NCBI GenBank assembly: GCA_964016885.1
Contig: OZ024740.1
Location: 58,528,001-58,592,000 of the forward strand
Direction: 5' to 3'
Length of the DNA: 64,000 bases
Origin: Eledone cirrhosa
Taxonomy: Eukaryota
Part shown: one piece after another, positions 1 to 13,643 of the stretch
How the letters are laid out: each line of letters starts with the position of its first letter
Position numbering within the stretch: the first letter of the stretch is position 1
The notes under the pieces: generated by a model
Told to the model about the DNA's origin: nothing
Database searches by the model: none
What the model saw: the letters and a program-made list of their open reading frames with translations, nothing else
Position numbers and translations under genes: made by a program

Positions 1-891
1 ATATACACAATCATCTTTCTAAAATGTCAATTAGCAGGTGATCATTGATAGTTATGCTTGTACAGAAATATCTTCTGCCAGGTAAAATTGAAGGTATTAT
101 TTGTGCCAGTAACCAACTTATGCCTTTTGTCAGGGTTTTAAGAGTAAGAGACCTATTTCACAGTGATAGGAAATATGCATATAAATCTGTGATAAATTCA
201 CCACCTCTTTTTACTTTCATTGAGAAGGGAAAAATCTGAATGTAATTGTAATATTACTATTTCAAATGTTAGAGGACTCGATAATGTAATAGGGTGATTA
301 AAAGTTAAAAGGTTTTCAAATCTATTAAGATGATGACTAAGAAACGAAATTATTTATAACTGTGTCTCTCTAAACAGACAGCTTTATAGACATTTCATTG
401 AACAAATTGGCTGAATAAATATTGTTATCTGATTAATAGTTGTCATGGTAAAAACAGATTAAACAAGTTTGTAGACAGAGTAGTATCTCACAAACTAACG
501 AGGAAGAAGATAATGCTAAATATTATTACATCTACCTTTGATATTCTATATATTTGTCAAGTTTTATTTTATTTTTATCATACACTTTGATTTGCAAATA
601 ATTATTATTGTGTATATTAAATAATAAATATATATTTAAATATACTAAAATGAAGATTATTTACTCTTTGAATGTAGCTTGTATAAAGTCTATAATATTT
701 ATAGTGTTTTTTATCTGTATCCTAGCATCAATTCTTTTTATTCTAAGACTGTCGGTGTATTGTAATTTTTAGGTATGTATTTTCAGTGCTTGCATATGGT
801 ATGAAATGCACCCCCATACTTATGTTTTCTCTTTAGGGTCAACAGAACAAGAACCTATTAAACACACATACATTCTTTATTAAGAAATAAT

Positions 892-1081
892 TGTTTCTAC
901 TTTTGGCACAAGGCCAGCAATTACCCAGTGCATTACTGGTACTTTATTTTATCAACCCCGTAAGGATGAAAGGCAAAGTTAACCTTGGCGGGATTTGAAC
1001 TCAGATCATAAAGGGCCGTAACTCTATGCTGTAAAGCATGGCATCCGACCCTCTACCAATACTGCCAATTCACCACCCTTG
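892..1081 (-). mobile_element. tRNA-derived SINE (Meta/Nin-like central domain) with 15-bp TSD
   Basis: Minus strand has A-box TGGCAGTATTGG, B-box GAGTTCAAATCC and the core TTTGCCTTTCATCC..GATAAAATAAAGTACCAG. TSD TTATTAAGAAATAAT at 877-891 and 1082-1096. Several homologous copies occur in the window. Confidence 0.85.
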
Positions 1082-1575
1082 TTATTAAGAAATAATGATA
1101 ATATAGTTACTAGAGAAAATTAAATGACTAATGAAATGCATATCTTTTGTGTGGTATGTATTTTAATATAATATCACAAGTGTTTTAAGGCCATTTGCTG
1201 CCTCATGACAAGCTTCTCCATTTTGCCCTATCATCTGTATCCACCTCCCCGACCCCCTGCATGTATTTTAATAAATTAAAGATATTATATATAACCCAAT
1301 CACTTGCATCACAGCTTCATTTTTGTTGTACTGTCAGTTTAATATTAATCAGACATACATTGCTGATGTCAGTCATAAACTCCTCACAGAATCGTAATTC
1401 TAATTTTAGTTGTTGCATTCGTGGCATGTATATCAGTGATATCTAACATGTTCATTGCTTATCAGTTACCGTACATGGAATTCTATCAGCACATGGAAGC
1501 CTATCAAATACATTTTCCAGGTCAACAAAAGCATTATTATTTGTATTTGCATCGTTTAAAATGATACAAGTTTTA

Positions 1576-1735
1576 TTAACCCACCTGATACCAAACAGCC
1601 TGAAACCATCTCTGGTTCAGGTTAAGTTATGCTATAAACACCACCTTAATAATGAGAAATTCTGGGTTATATTAACAATTAATTGAGAATCGTATACAGC
1701 AACTTTTATTAGAGATTTGGTAACAAAAGAGTTAA
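1576..1735. mobile_element. Degenerate piggyBac-like MITE
   Basis: TTAA-CCCACCTGATACCAAA ... TTTGGTAACAAAAGAG-TTAA: imperfect TIRs bounded by TTAA. Confidence 0.45.
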
Positions 1736-1904
1736 TCATAGAAAATGATGAGTGAAACTATTGATAGATTTCTTACTTAAACAACTGGAAATTCGTATTT
1801 GATTGTAGATTACATATTGATCACATAGAAAAGACTTAGACCAATCATTTGTAAGTGTAGTAGTGAATGCTAACCACAAATAATTATGTCTCACAATGCC
1901 ACAC

Positions 1905-2117
1905 TTAACCCTTTAGCATTTAAACCAGCTGTATCCGTCTAGATTTCTCTCACCTCTTTATGTTCAAACTGGCTGTAACTTGCTACTCATACTGATGTTA
2001 AGGTATTGTTCTCAAAATTAATGATATCAAAATCTCATAAATTCAGTATGTGAGGTAAACCCGTTACCATGAAAATATAATAGTAAATATGGAGTAATGT
2101 AAATTCTAAAGGGTTAA
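1905..2117 (+). mobile_element. piggyBac-like MITE (copy 1)
   Basis: TTAA|CCCTTTAG ... CTAAAGGG|TTAA; TTAA TSD and CCC/GGG termini. Confidence 0.75.
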
Positions 2118-2178
2118 GCACCAAACAACAACAATATTTTTCACTCATAACATTGTTTTTATTGTTCCACTCAACAGT

Positions 2179-2407
2179 TTAACCCTTTAGCATTTACATT
2201 ACTCTATATATACTATTGTATTTTTGCAGTATAGGCTTTACCTTACATAATTACCTCAGAAAATATTGAATCTATGAGATTTTGATGTTATTTATTTTGA
2301 GATCAATACGTTAACATCAGTATGAGTGGCTGATAACAGCCAGTTTGAACAAAAAGAGGGGAGAAAATTATGGCTGGGTACATCCAGTTTAAATGTGAAA
2401 GCATTAA
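2179..2407 (-). mobile_element. piggyBac-like MITE (copy 2, inverted relative to copy 1)
   Basis: Starts TTAA|CCCTTTAGCATTT; body is the diverged reverse complement of 1909-2113. Confidence 0.7.
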
Positions 2408-2744
2408 GGATAGTTATAACATTTTAATTCTGTAAATATAATTACAAAGATGTTACAATGTTGTTAACCACACAAATATTGAAATACTTCAGACAGTGAA
2501 CAATTGTAGTGTAAGGTCTTACTTGGAAGTGATGGGACCCTAATTCTTGTCAGAACATTTTTTTAGAACAATACTTTGATGTAAAACCTACACTCACACA
2601 CACATATATATAATACATATATATATATATGTACACACAGAGAGAGAAAGAGGCACTTATATATATATATTTTTTAAGATGGCTGACTACCAACACCATG
2701 TATTTATTCTCTCTCCCAGACATCCTCTCTTCTGAATGTATCAA

Positions 2745-2780
2745 TCTTCTGATGAAGGACTAGCATCCAAAACATTCAGA
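2745..2780 (+). ncRNA. Degenerate minimal hammerhead-like motif (old PLE remnant)
   Basis: CTGATGA-AGGA-ctagca-TCC-AAAAC. The GAAA core reads CAAAAC, consistent with CpG decay of CGAAAC. Confidence 0.35.
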
Positions 2781-3147
2781 TTCCTTTCTAACTTCTACAT
2801 ATTTTACTTATATACCATTATTATAATGTGTTGTTTTCTAGTATTCTTTGAGTACCAGGTCCATAAAGTCTCTCAGAAACATGCTTCAGCTTCTTGTCTA
2901 TAGATTTGTATGGTCTAATGCCACCTCACTCAGGCATCCCTGGCTTATCTTTCCTTCTCTCATCACTTATGCTATGTCTCGAACCCCAAATTTCACACTA
3001 ATCACTACACCCAGTTCATCCTGCCAGAACATTGGCTATCTGGAAGTCATTTGCTCCTCATGTCTTTCAGACTTATGTTGACGCTGCAGTTTAGGTGGAA
3101 CATCTATGGCATCAATCTCAGAGGGCCTGCAAATGACATGGACACAC

Positions 3148-3375
3148 CCCTTCCTTCCTTCCTCCAGACACTTCCCCTTTCTTCCCCCAGACACTTCCCC
3201 TTTCTTCCTCCAGACACTACTCCTTTTTTGCTTCCTCCAGACACTATTCCCTTCATCCTCCAGATGCTGCTCCTTCCTTCCTCCAGGCACTACCCCTTCC
3301 TTCCTCCAGACACTACTCCTTCATCCCTCAAGACACTGTTATTTCTTCCAGACACTGCTCCTTCCTCCAGACATT
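3148..3375. repeat. Degenerate ~21-bp pyrimidine-rich minisatellite (CCTTCCTTCCTCCAGACACTNC)n
   Basis: About 10 recurrences of CTCCAGACAC-type units; accounts for the overlapping spurious ORFs. Confidence 0.85.
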
Positions 3376-5201
3376 ATAAAAAAGAAAAGAAATATACCTT
3401 TAAAATATTTTCATGTGCTACAATAAATTATATTAAAAATAGTACAAAGGTATACCAGCCATGGAATATAATTTAAAATATATATAATATTTAACTAATT
3501 TAATATATTTCCAAATTATGTTAAAATATTTTCTTTTGTCTTTATATAAAACTGTTGTGTTATAGAGACTCATTGAAACAAAAGTACAATTTTGTTTGGT
3601 TAGATACTCATAGCTGGAACACATTTGTGTTATTTTGTTAAAGAATTTACCATAACATATAATAGACTAACAAAATTATGTAACAATATATAAACAGAAA
3701 CTAAGTACATTTCACTGTCTGTTTGTTTTTTTTTTTCATTTTACCTTCAGTATCATAGTAAAATAGGACACAACCAAAAGATTTACATGCAATTATCATT
3801 ATATCAGAAGTTCTTTTAACACAATATTCATAATAAAACTATTAATTCTACAAAGAGTTCAAGTTTTCCATTGTTATATATCAATAGAGGAAGATTGCTT
3901 AAAGCTAATATTTTACACCAGTCAACTCATTCTCTTCTTCTTTCCCTGTTTGCCAGCCGAGGCTGTGTAATAAGCACTTAATCTCTATTTGACAGCCTGC
4001 TACCTCCACATTCTCTCTGTAGCATGACAGTGAACAAAAACACAAAGCTAATTATTATATGTGGAGATCTTCATTATTTTGAATACTTTTTTCTGAAAGG
4101 AATCTTTATTTATACATCACACTCCAGAGCAGGAGTTACTTTAGTCATCACCTTGTCAAAAACTTCTCCAGTTGATATATATACTGCATGAATTTTATAA
4201 GTATATTAGTGTGTGTGTATGTATGTGTATATATATATATATATGTTTATTTATTGATTTATGCATAATTTCACTGTGAAATTTTTGTTTAGCTAAATCT
4301 TTAATCCTTACAACTTAAAATAATTGTGAATTTGATAGCATGCCTTGTAGAAATATTTTCCATTATGTTTTTGATAGGTAATATTTGTAACTAGATTATC
4401 TACTTGTATCTTTTACAATTCTACAACCATGCTTGACAGACCTGTCATATTCTTAATTTTATTGCTCATATATGCTTTACCACTTTGGGTCAAACACTCT
4501 ACCACTCAGTGTTGCTTGCACTGTTTTTTTTTTCTGTCTGATTTTAGTGTTATCGTTTATATGTCTACATTATCATGAAAAAAAAAATGTTCCTAGATGA
4601 CATCCTTCTTAATATATCATGTTGCACAGGAAAAGTTTCCTTAGTCATTCCCTTGTCTTAGACTATTTATATTTTTTTACTTTTATACATCTGTCTTTTG
4701 TTCAGGACTTGCATGACAACAACTTCTATCATTGCTCTGTCTATCATCATAGCATAGTTGAGTCTTATTTTAATCATAGATCTTATCATTATTATTTTCT
4801 GTTTTATCCTTATTTATTTTTAAAATGTTTGCTCTCATAAAGAAAGAATATATATATCTTACTGATTAGCATAAATTAAATATTCGAAATTTCAAATTTT
4901 CTTTTATTCTTCTCTGAATAGGGAGGATACTTCAGTCAGGTCAATGACCAACAAACTCCTTAGAGCTGGTACCAGGATAAAACACAATCAGTACACTGTA
5001 TAAAGTGGTTGGTGTTAGGAAGGGCTTCCAGACTAAGAAACTATGCCAAAGAGGTTCAGAAAAACTTTCCTGTCATAGTATGGCAACTTCTTTAGTGCTG
5101 CTGCCATAAAAAAATGATATTCAATACATATACATATATATAAGATACAGAGCTTAGTGTTGTTTTTGAAAATTAGCTTTGTTTACAAACAGTGGAGAAT
5201 T

Positions 5202-5348
5202 TGAAAATTAGATAGTGAAATAGAGCTACCGCCATATTTTTGACTTAGTAAATTAGCCTAATTAGTTGGGTTTTTATAACTCCAACCATTAGGCTAATTT
5301 ACTTAGTCAAAAATGCGGCAGAAGCTCTATTTCACTATCTAATTTTCA
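5202..5348. repeat. Imperfect ~147-bp palindrome (MITE-like fold-back)
   Basis: TGAAAATTAGATAGTGAAATAGAGCT pairs with AGCTCTATTTCACTATCTAATTTTCA, and the inner arms also pair. Confidence 0.85.
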
Positions 5349-5590
5349 CATTAAAACGCTCGGTTAGTGATAGAAACTGCTTCCAGCTGAAAAAAAAATC
5401 AAGACTCTTCAGTTGTGTCCACAGCAACCTCCCCAGTATTGATAATCTACACAATAGATGCATCCAAGTCGGTGAGATAGGAAGGGAATCCAGCCATAGT
5501 AAAACTTGCCAAAAAAGGGTCAGGAGGACTTTTCAATAAAATGCAGCTTGTGCACTCTGTTGAGTGCACGAACATATGTAAGCCAGATGG

Positions 5591-5623
<33 letters not shown>

Positions 5624-7208
5624 GCACATTCATTCGAGCAGTTAGTAGCTCCAATTAAATATTGACTTTGTCTGTGATGACCCATCTAACTCTTGTTACC
5701 ACATGATAAAACAATTGCAATTTGTCTGTTTGCTAACACAAATATTGGTCAAATGCTTTCTGAAAGTAAGTTTATATATATATATATGAAGTGTACATAC
5801 AAAGACATCAAAACATTACTATGAACTCCTATCAAAACTACATACATAAAATTCTTGCTATCTAAAAGAAAACAAATATATACTCAGAAAACCTTAAAAA
5901 GCTAAGCACAACACCTATAGCATTGAGGGGGAACTATTGATAAAACATATAGAAAAAGCAACAGGAATTAAGATAACTCCTATACTCAACCTATTGATCT
6001 ATGCACTAAGTTTGTATATATATATATGATGAGGATCAATGTGATTTTTTTTCCTTTGTGTTAAAATATTTATTTGATATATTCATATATTGTAAAACTT
6101 CTTTTCAACCTGTTGAAAGTATGCATATGTTTTTCTCATTCTCAATAAAGAGAAATGTTTCAAGTGCCATCTCACTTTTTTCTTGACATATTTTTGAAAT
6201 CATAGGATAAGTTATTTGCAAACAATTTTGTTGTTATAGTAATTATGCTATTGTTTTTCATACTACAAATGTATAGCATTTTACTGCTGTTACTACATCA
6301 AACAGGGTGGTGGATTCGCAGTATTGCTAGAGCATCAAACAAAATACTTTGCAGCATTTAATTAAGGCTCTTTATCTAATAAATAGCAACTTAATAACAA
6401 GATGAGAAAGTTGGTTATATTACTAAATCCCACCAAGTGTTTTATTTCAAAGCATTTATTGAAAATTATAAGCAGCAATGAAATATTCAAAGATAATTTG
6501 CATAATTCGTTAAATATTCTTTGAAACAGGCAAACATATATAAATAGAATGTTACTTTCTTGTATATATAATCTTTATATTAACTATATATTTATTATTC
6601 CCAAATATTTACTATCATTGATTGAAGTTTTTTTTCAGTGAATGTTTGAGTATGATTTTATTCATTGTATGCATGTTTGTCCAAGTCTTTTTTAAGCTTG
6701 CAAAACCGTTTTTTGATCTCTTAGCCATAGTGGAATAGTCAAATATATTTTAACAAATTATTATGAACCATTTATCCATTTTTAACTTATAAGTAATACA
6801 CAGGATAAAAGTAAGCAGAAACTATTTTCTCAAGATTAAAAATATGTATAAAGTGTATTACCACTTGCTTGGATGAATTATTTTTTATTCTTTACATAAT
6901 ACCAGAAAAATGAAATTTAAATTACTTTTCGTCTACTATGATATTTTGCCTATTTCTTAACAAATACTCTTTTAGATTTTTCATATTAAACCATTGATTC
7001 AGGTTAAAATTGGAAATAACTTCTTATAAATTGTCTTTTTCTATCAAAACATAAATACATACAGCATTTAATTTTCAGTAAAAGAAGTTAAATTTCAAAA
7101 TAACTTGTAACCTGTTCCAATGATAGTTGAATAAAAAGAAAGCATTCTTTTTCAAATTATTTCTATTTTTATCTCTTAAGAAATAGATATAACATATATA
7201 TATATTCA

Positions 7209-7211
<3 letters not shown>

Positions 7212-7295
<84 letters not shown>
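7212..7295. repeat. Compound (CT)n(AT)n microsatellite
   Basis: Direct reading. Confidence 0.95.
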
Positions 7296-7298
<3 letters not shown>

Positions 7299-7859
7299 TA
7301 TCTGTGTGTGTGTGTATTCTAGAAATATTATTTATCATGTGTGTAATAGCTTCCATAAAAGAATTTCTTTTTCAATAATAATGGAAAAAGTTAAGGCTTA
7401 TATACAATATTCTTTGGAAAAACTTATTTACATTAGATATGAGTTCTTTTTTAATACATCTCCCCACCATGCAAAGCAACATCACTTTCTATCTCTTCCT
7501 TATCTTTCAGATGAAAGGCAAGGACTTGAAATATTAAGTTTTCTCCTCAAAATAATTGAACATATCAAATCATGTTATGAATTTTTCTAAGGACCAGATT
7601 CTGGGTTTTAACTCCTTTCATTTGTTAATATAGCATTTAAACAAAAGAGACATTGTCCTTTAAATGTAGTATGGTGTGGTCAATTAGTTGAATGTTTGAA
7701 ACATTAGAGGATATAAAGGGAAGGAAGTTTTGAAATGTAGAGATTTGAGTGAATATCTATGTATGCTTTGTTTGGAATTTAAGGAAAGAATTGGAATAGA
7801 AATGTTGAAAATGCATTCTCATTAAATGAGATATGATCATTATATATAGTGCCCTCTGC

Positions 7860-8070
7860 AAAGGGTTTGGCTTTAGGGAGAGCATCCAGTCATAGCAAAC
7901 TTGCCAAACAAAGGGTTGAAAGAACTTTTTACTTGTGTCAAAAACATGACAATCTCCTTTGTGCTGGTGCCACAACAAAACACATCCAGTGTTCTGTGAT
8001 GTGTTAGGAAAGGCATCCAGCTATAGAAAACTTCCCAAACAAAAGGGTCAAAAGGGTTTTCCAATTGAAT
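7860..8070 (+). mobile_element. Old RTE-type 3' UTR/SINE-tail remnant, tandemly duplicated
   Basis: Two copies of TTAGG(A)AAGGCATCCAGCTATAGAAAAC..CCAAACAAAGGG, matching the RTE 3' UTR motif at 17145-17170. Confidence 0.55.
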
Positions 8071-8380
8071 CAAGGGAGTGCCATATTGGAAAGTTTTGCT
8101 TTAATTAGGAAGGTGGTTTAATTAGGAAGGTAGATACAGTGGCAGCTTTAGGTGTGTTGATATCAAGGGCTAAAATTTCACAGCCAGATTATGTTTCTTT
8201 GTAAATAACTGCATAGTTTGCTTTTCAAATTTTGACATGTTAAACAGATTTTCTTTTAGTTAGAGCATCCATGATTATTTTCAATCCTCTCAGATTGTAG
8301 GGATTTATGTGGTTTACTGGGTAGGTCTGTGTGGAGGAGGGTATGTAATGGCTAGTTCAGAGGTGTAGAAAATATTTAGT

Positions 8381-8552
8381 CAGGGCCAGATTAGGCTCTA
8401 AGCACTTAAAAGATTATTGTGTCTCCTCATCATATATAAAATATACAAAACAAATTTTTGTGGAATGACAAATACAGTTTATTTGAATAAAATGGTGTCA
8501 ATTTGATGCTCTAAGAATGTGCTTATGTTGCTTAATGGTTAATCTAGCTCTG
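8381..8552. mobile_element. Possible hAT-type MITE
   Basis: Imperfect TIR CAGGGCCAGATTA / TAATCTAGCTCTG; TSD not clearly preserved. Confidence 0.45.
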
Positions 8553-10545
8553 ATTGTAGAAAGAAAAACAGTTGAAAAGAAAAGAAAAGATAGAAAACAG
8601 CATGTGCATGAGCTTGTAATTATAGCACATTGGTAAAGTACTTTCTGGCATTGAAGAGGAATTTTAATCTTTAGACTGCAGTTTTAGTAATATTATATAT
8701 GTGAGATTACCAAGAAAGGTTATCAGGAAATTTGAAGTGTAGTATTTGTAGCAACCTTAAGACTGAAATGGATTAGAATAGAAATGGACATTTTAGTAAT
8801 TTATATATATTTTAGTTACTCTATGCTGTTCACTTGATATTCTTTACTGGTCATTAGAAGGCGGCCATGCTGAGGCACATTTAAGTTTGTATATTTTATC
8901 TGCCTCTATTTGTCAAGCTTCTAAGTCACAGGATATAAACAAACTGGAAAGGAATTGATTAATAGCAAGACTTAATTTTTAAAAATTAAACTAAAACAGA
9001 GAGAGCAGAATATGTAATAATATTCTATGTAATGACAATATTTATATAATGAGGACTCAGAGAACCGGAAACATGTACACAAATTACTAGCTCCTAGTGT
9101 AGAAGCAAAAGATATAAAAGTGTCATGGTGAAAGGTTTAGAGAGAACTTCCTTTGTTAAGCCAAAATGTATTGATTAACACAAGTATCGTTCATAGAAAT
9201 ACTAGAATATGGAAACGAAGAATGTTGTTATTCCTTTTTACTGTGATACAGAATGCATTGACTTAGGTTGATACTGCACTGGGTTCGTTTTTGTATATTC
9301 AAGTTGTGTAGCAGGTAAGCTGGTACTTCCATTGACTAGCATAGCTGCCTCATCTACAACTACATAAGGTTAAAGAAAATATTCTAAAGAATAGTCAAAA
9401 TTAGGAAGGCAAATGTAATGCCATATACAAAGTTGTCTTGTTCAATAGGTGAAGAATTTGCTTAAAATAATTCAGTGCATACACTCCATGAGAGACAAGG
9501 GTATTCACGTGATATCTTGAAATAATCTGACAAGGGGCCATAGCATCACAAACTGCAAATAGGTTGGAATAGTTGCTAGTCAAGTCAACCACAATATATA
9601 AACTTTAGAGTGATTAAATGGCTCACTGGAAGTTGTAAAAGGAGTACAAGTGGGATAGAAAATTTCATGGAGGTAACAAAGGGTTTCTCTTTCCTTGCAG
9701 AGCAAAAACTGTATGGACATACTTAAGAGGGGTGAATGTGTATAATTGTAAAATATAATTTTTATGATATAAAGTTTTAATTAGCAGGAGAGAAATGAAT
9801 GATGGTTGATTAGATTTACAAGAATAGTTGAAAACAAGTGAGTTGAGAAAGTAGTTTGGCATTAGTAGCCAATATTGTTTAATCTTTGCAACAGATGCAC
9901 ATCCATGCTTATGCATTGCAAATAGAGGATACATGTTACATAAAGCTGTTGATGATGATGATTGTGACAATCCTAATAGTGATGGCAGTGATGACGGCAT
10001 TGATATTATAAACTCCATTTATTTCTTCAATAACAAAACTAACTGCAATATATATTTACTAGAGTTAATGGTTCTATAGTGGTTGATTTTGTTTTGCTTT
10101 TGGTTTTTCTTCCTAGGAATATGAGGAAAATTCTAATTATGAAATTTGTCAAAATCTGACTACTAACTGAGAAATCAATAATCAAAATTTTAAAGTTATT
10201 CTTGCTTTAGCCTGTAATATGAATTAATCTATGAATACAAGATAACAGAAATACACTCATCTGACATAGTCTTGAAATTAAAATAGTGTATTATAAATTC
10301 AGAAAGGCTCTAATTGCATTAAGTATTTTGTTCATCACATGCTTTAAATATAAAGACTTTTGAACATTTAAAGAAATAGAACCAACTATATATTTAAAAA
10401 AAGAAAGAAACAAACTAAAGCATATAAATATGTATATTTCAACCTATATTTGTGAAATGTCAAAAACTTTAGATTGATTAAAATATGTGTAAAAGTGTAA
10501 AATAATTTCACTAGTTATATGGATGATGAATATTAGATTAGCATT

Positions 10546-10592
10546 GGTTATATATATATATTTATATATGTGCATGTGTGTGTGTCTGTATA

Positions 10593-10637
<45 letters not shown>

Positions 10638-11015
10638 ATGTGTATATATATATATATGTATGTATATGTGTATATATATATATATGTGTGTATGTATATG
10701 TGTATATATATATATGTGTGTATGTATATGTGTATATATATGTATGTATATGTGTATATATATATGTGTATGTATATGTGTATATTAACCCATGCTAGCG
10801 CAGAAAGTGGACGTTAAACGAGGATGATGATGTATATGTGTATATATATATATGTATGTATGTATATATATATATATATAGGCATATATATTTATATGTA
10901 TATGTGTATATTAACCCATGCTAGCGCGGAAAGTGGACGTTAAACGAGGATGATGATGATGTATATGTGTATATATATATATATGTATGTATATATATAT
11001 ATAGGCATATATATT

Positions 11016-11046
<31 letters not shown>

Positions 11047-11090
11047 AAATGTATGTATATATTTGGATGGATGTGTGTGTATATATGCAT
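10546..11090. repeat. (TA)n/(TATG)n microsatellite containing two tandem RTE 3'-end stubs
   Basis: TTAACCCATGCTAGCG..GGACGTTAAACGAGGATGATGA at ~10785 and ~10911, duplicated together with the flanking microsatellite. Confidence 0.85.
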
Positions 11091-11496
11091 GCATATATCA
11101 TGATTTTTATTTATTAAAAGCCGTTACGGTTGCATTTTCATAAATGTAACCAATAACATCTTGAAATAAATGGATTCCATTTATTAAATTGAACCATATT
11201 TCTTTTATTTTCCCTGCAATTACATCAGTCGCCATGTTAGCCTAATTGCTCGTTGCAGCTGATAAATACTTTGTGAACTACACACTTCGTAAATTCCACT
11301 ATAATATTTATGAATATTTATGACATGTGCTGCTCATTCTTTGAAGAAGACTTGCAAAGTACATTAGCAGTATTTATATTTCTTTTACATTTAAATAATA
11401 AAACCATTTTATTTTACCAGTAGGATTTAAGTCTTTCACAAAGTTGGGCTTAACTACATGTGAGGTTCATTCCTACAATACGTTTCATTATTATTC

Positions 11497-11582
11497 TTTG
11501 CCTTTCATCCTTATGGGGTCGATAAAATAAAGTACCAGTAATGTACTGGGTAATTGCTGGCCTTGTGCCAATAGTAGAAACA
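11497..11582 (+). mobile_element. 5'-truncated Meta/Nin-type SINE with 14-bp TSD
   Basis: Matches the 3' half of the SINE at 892-1081. TSD ATTATTATTCTTTG at 11487-11500 and 11583-11596. Confidence 0.85.
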
Positions 11583-11904
11583 ATTATTATTCTTTGGCAA
11601 TTGTTATTTAGATATCTCTTATACATTATACCTCTTGGAGTCTAATTAGTACTACTTTTGATATTTATCTTATAGATAATGTAAATAAGGCTTTTCCTAG
11701 TACATGACTTATGCATTCCACTACTTAACCTCACTTGATTGGATGGTTGCAAAGGTATTGAATTGACTCCCATGCTACACTGGTTATCACTTCTGTGAAC
11801 TCTGTGTAAAGTTATATATAAGAAGAATCAGATGTAGTGTGCAGCAGAGAAGACTATGCTGGTATAGTCATGTGATGGATATGGATGATGATTGTTGGGT
11901 GATC

Positions 11905-12181
11905 ATAATAACCTGCTCATAAAATTAACATGCAAGTGGTTGAGCATTCTATAAACATGTATATCCTTAACACAATTCTCAGGGAGATTCAGCATGACAC
12001 GATTTATTCTAAAACTGGTTCTTTGAATTACTAGTATAAATTATTTTTTGCCAACTAAATCAGCTGGAACAATTCGAAATAAAGTGTCTTTCTAAAGGAT
12101 ACAATGTGCTACCTGACATCAAACTCATGACCTTATGATTGTGAGTCAAAGACCCTAACTCCTATACCACATGCCTTCACA
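11905..12181 (-). mobile_element. Old CORE-type tRNA SINE
   Basis: Minus strand reads GTGAAGGCATGTGG..GTTAGGGT..GAGTTTGAT..TCCTTTAGAAAGACACTTTATTTC, similar to the SINE heads at 18.3 and 61.5 kb. Confidence 0.6.
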
Positions 12182-12191
12182 CATACATACA

Positions 12192-12540
12192 TGATGGCTG
12201 CCCCTCATTATCGAGTATGGCCATTGCACGATATACCATTATTAATAATTATTAATTAATTCTATCGTGCAATGCCTGCGCGTGACGATTTTTTTTAAGT
12301 GAGGAAAGACTGTGCACTGAGCCAATCCCACTCTCTGAGTGACAGTAGCTATAACCCGAAAAGAAGAAAAGATCAACATCATCAGTAACTACTGAGCCAC
12401 AGGTTTTATGTTGGAGTGATCCCAGTTTCCTGAGTTGCCTTCTAGAAGAATGCCCTGACAATAGCTAGAGGTCCTTCACTCCTAGTGGCTTAACCGCGCG
12501 ATCGGGTATCCAGGCCAACTATTTCTATGTCCCCGCGCAT
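12192..12540 (-). mobile_element. Unclassified GC-richer interspersed repeat (possible RTE-related SINE or UTR fragment) with internal hairpin
   Basis: Inserted in a (CATA)n tract; inverted repeat CATTGCACGATA/TATCGTGCAATG at 12212-12274; CpG-rich end. Confidence 0.4.
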
Positions 12541-12655
12541 ATACATACACATACACATACATACATATACACATCCATCCATCCATATATATATACACAT
12601 ACATATATGATATATATACACATACATATATGATATATATACACATACATATACA

Positions 12656-13643
12656 TATTATGATGTTCCCTGCTGTATTAGCGTTAAATTTTCCCTGCTG
12701 TATTAGCGATAAATTTTCGAGGGTTTCTCTTAGTAGTTTTTCATGACGTTAATTTTACTGATGTAGTATTAACTTATTAACTTGGATATTTACCATGCGG
12801 TATTCTAATCCTATTGTATCTCTCTCAGTTATTTACCATGCGACCCTCAGTTCCTACCCCCCCCCCTCTCTATGCACTTCTTTACGGCTACTACCCTGTC
12901 TTTAACCTAATTCATTCAATCTGAAAATATTGAAGAGATAAGACACTTTCCCATTCTTCTCTGCTAAAATGTATCACTAGAGCTGATTCCAATTTTTCCA
13001 GCCATCCATCTAATCTACGAAGGTATTTTAGCCTATATATTGTCGTTAATATTATGATGTTCCCTGCTGTATTAGCGTTAAATTTTCCCTGCTGTATTAG
13101 CGATAAATTTTCGAGGGTTTCTCTTAGTAGTTTTTCATGACGTTAATTTTACTGATGTAGTATTAACTTATTAACTTGGATATTTACCATGCGGTATTCT
13201 AATCCTATTGTATCTCTCTCAGTTATTTACCATGCGACCCTCAGTTCCTACCCCCCCTCTCTATGCACTTCTTTAAGGCTACTACCCTGTCTTTAACCTA
13301 ATTCATTCAATCTGAAAATATTGAAGAGATAAGACACTTTCCCATTCTTCTCTGCTAAAATGTATCACTAGAGCTGATTCCAATTTTTCCAGCCATCCAT
13401 CTAATCTACGAAGGTATTTTAGCCTATATATTGTCGTTAATATTATGATGTTCCCTGCTGTATTAGCGTTAAATTTTCCCTGCTGTATTAGCGATAAATT
13501 TTCGAGGGTTTCTCTTAGTAGTTTTTCATGACGTTAATTTTACTGATGTAGTATTAACTTATTAACTTGGATATTTACCATGCGGTATTCTAATCCTATT
13601 GTATCTCTCTCAGTTATTTACCATGCGACCCTCAGTTCCTACC
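12656..13643 (+). repeat. Tandem array of ~392-bp monomers (2.5 copies) directly upstream of the intact LINE
   Basis: TGATGTTCCCTGCTG recurs at 12661, 13055 and 13446; copies are nearly identical. Confidence 0.95.

Noticed and set aside
7511-7590. Possible host exons after pyrimidine-AG acceptors (7511; also 10117 EYEENSNYEICQNLTTN*)
   Set aside because: No recognisable homology or consistent exon chain; such acceptors are common in AT-rich DNA, so RNA-seq is needed.
9000-9960. Possible ancient LINE remnant (also 55200-55470)
   Set aside because: Composition is suggestive but no diagnostic RT/EN motif can be read reliably.
10523-10817. ORFs rich in Y/I/C/V/M (also 33829-34131, 43382-43780, 58630-58992, 59478-59822)
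   Set aside because: Translations of TA/TG microsatellites.
12196-12540. Possible HDV-like or hammerhead ribozyme in the GC-rich repeat
   Set aside because: Minus-strand CTGATGA has no matching stem II/GAAA, and I could not fold a convincing nested double pseudoknot by eye.
12656-13643. Retrozyme interpretation of the 392-bp tandem array
   Set aside because: No CUGANGA/GAAA core with stems found on either strand.
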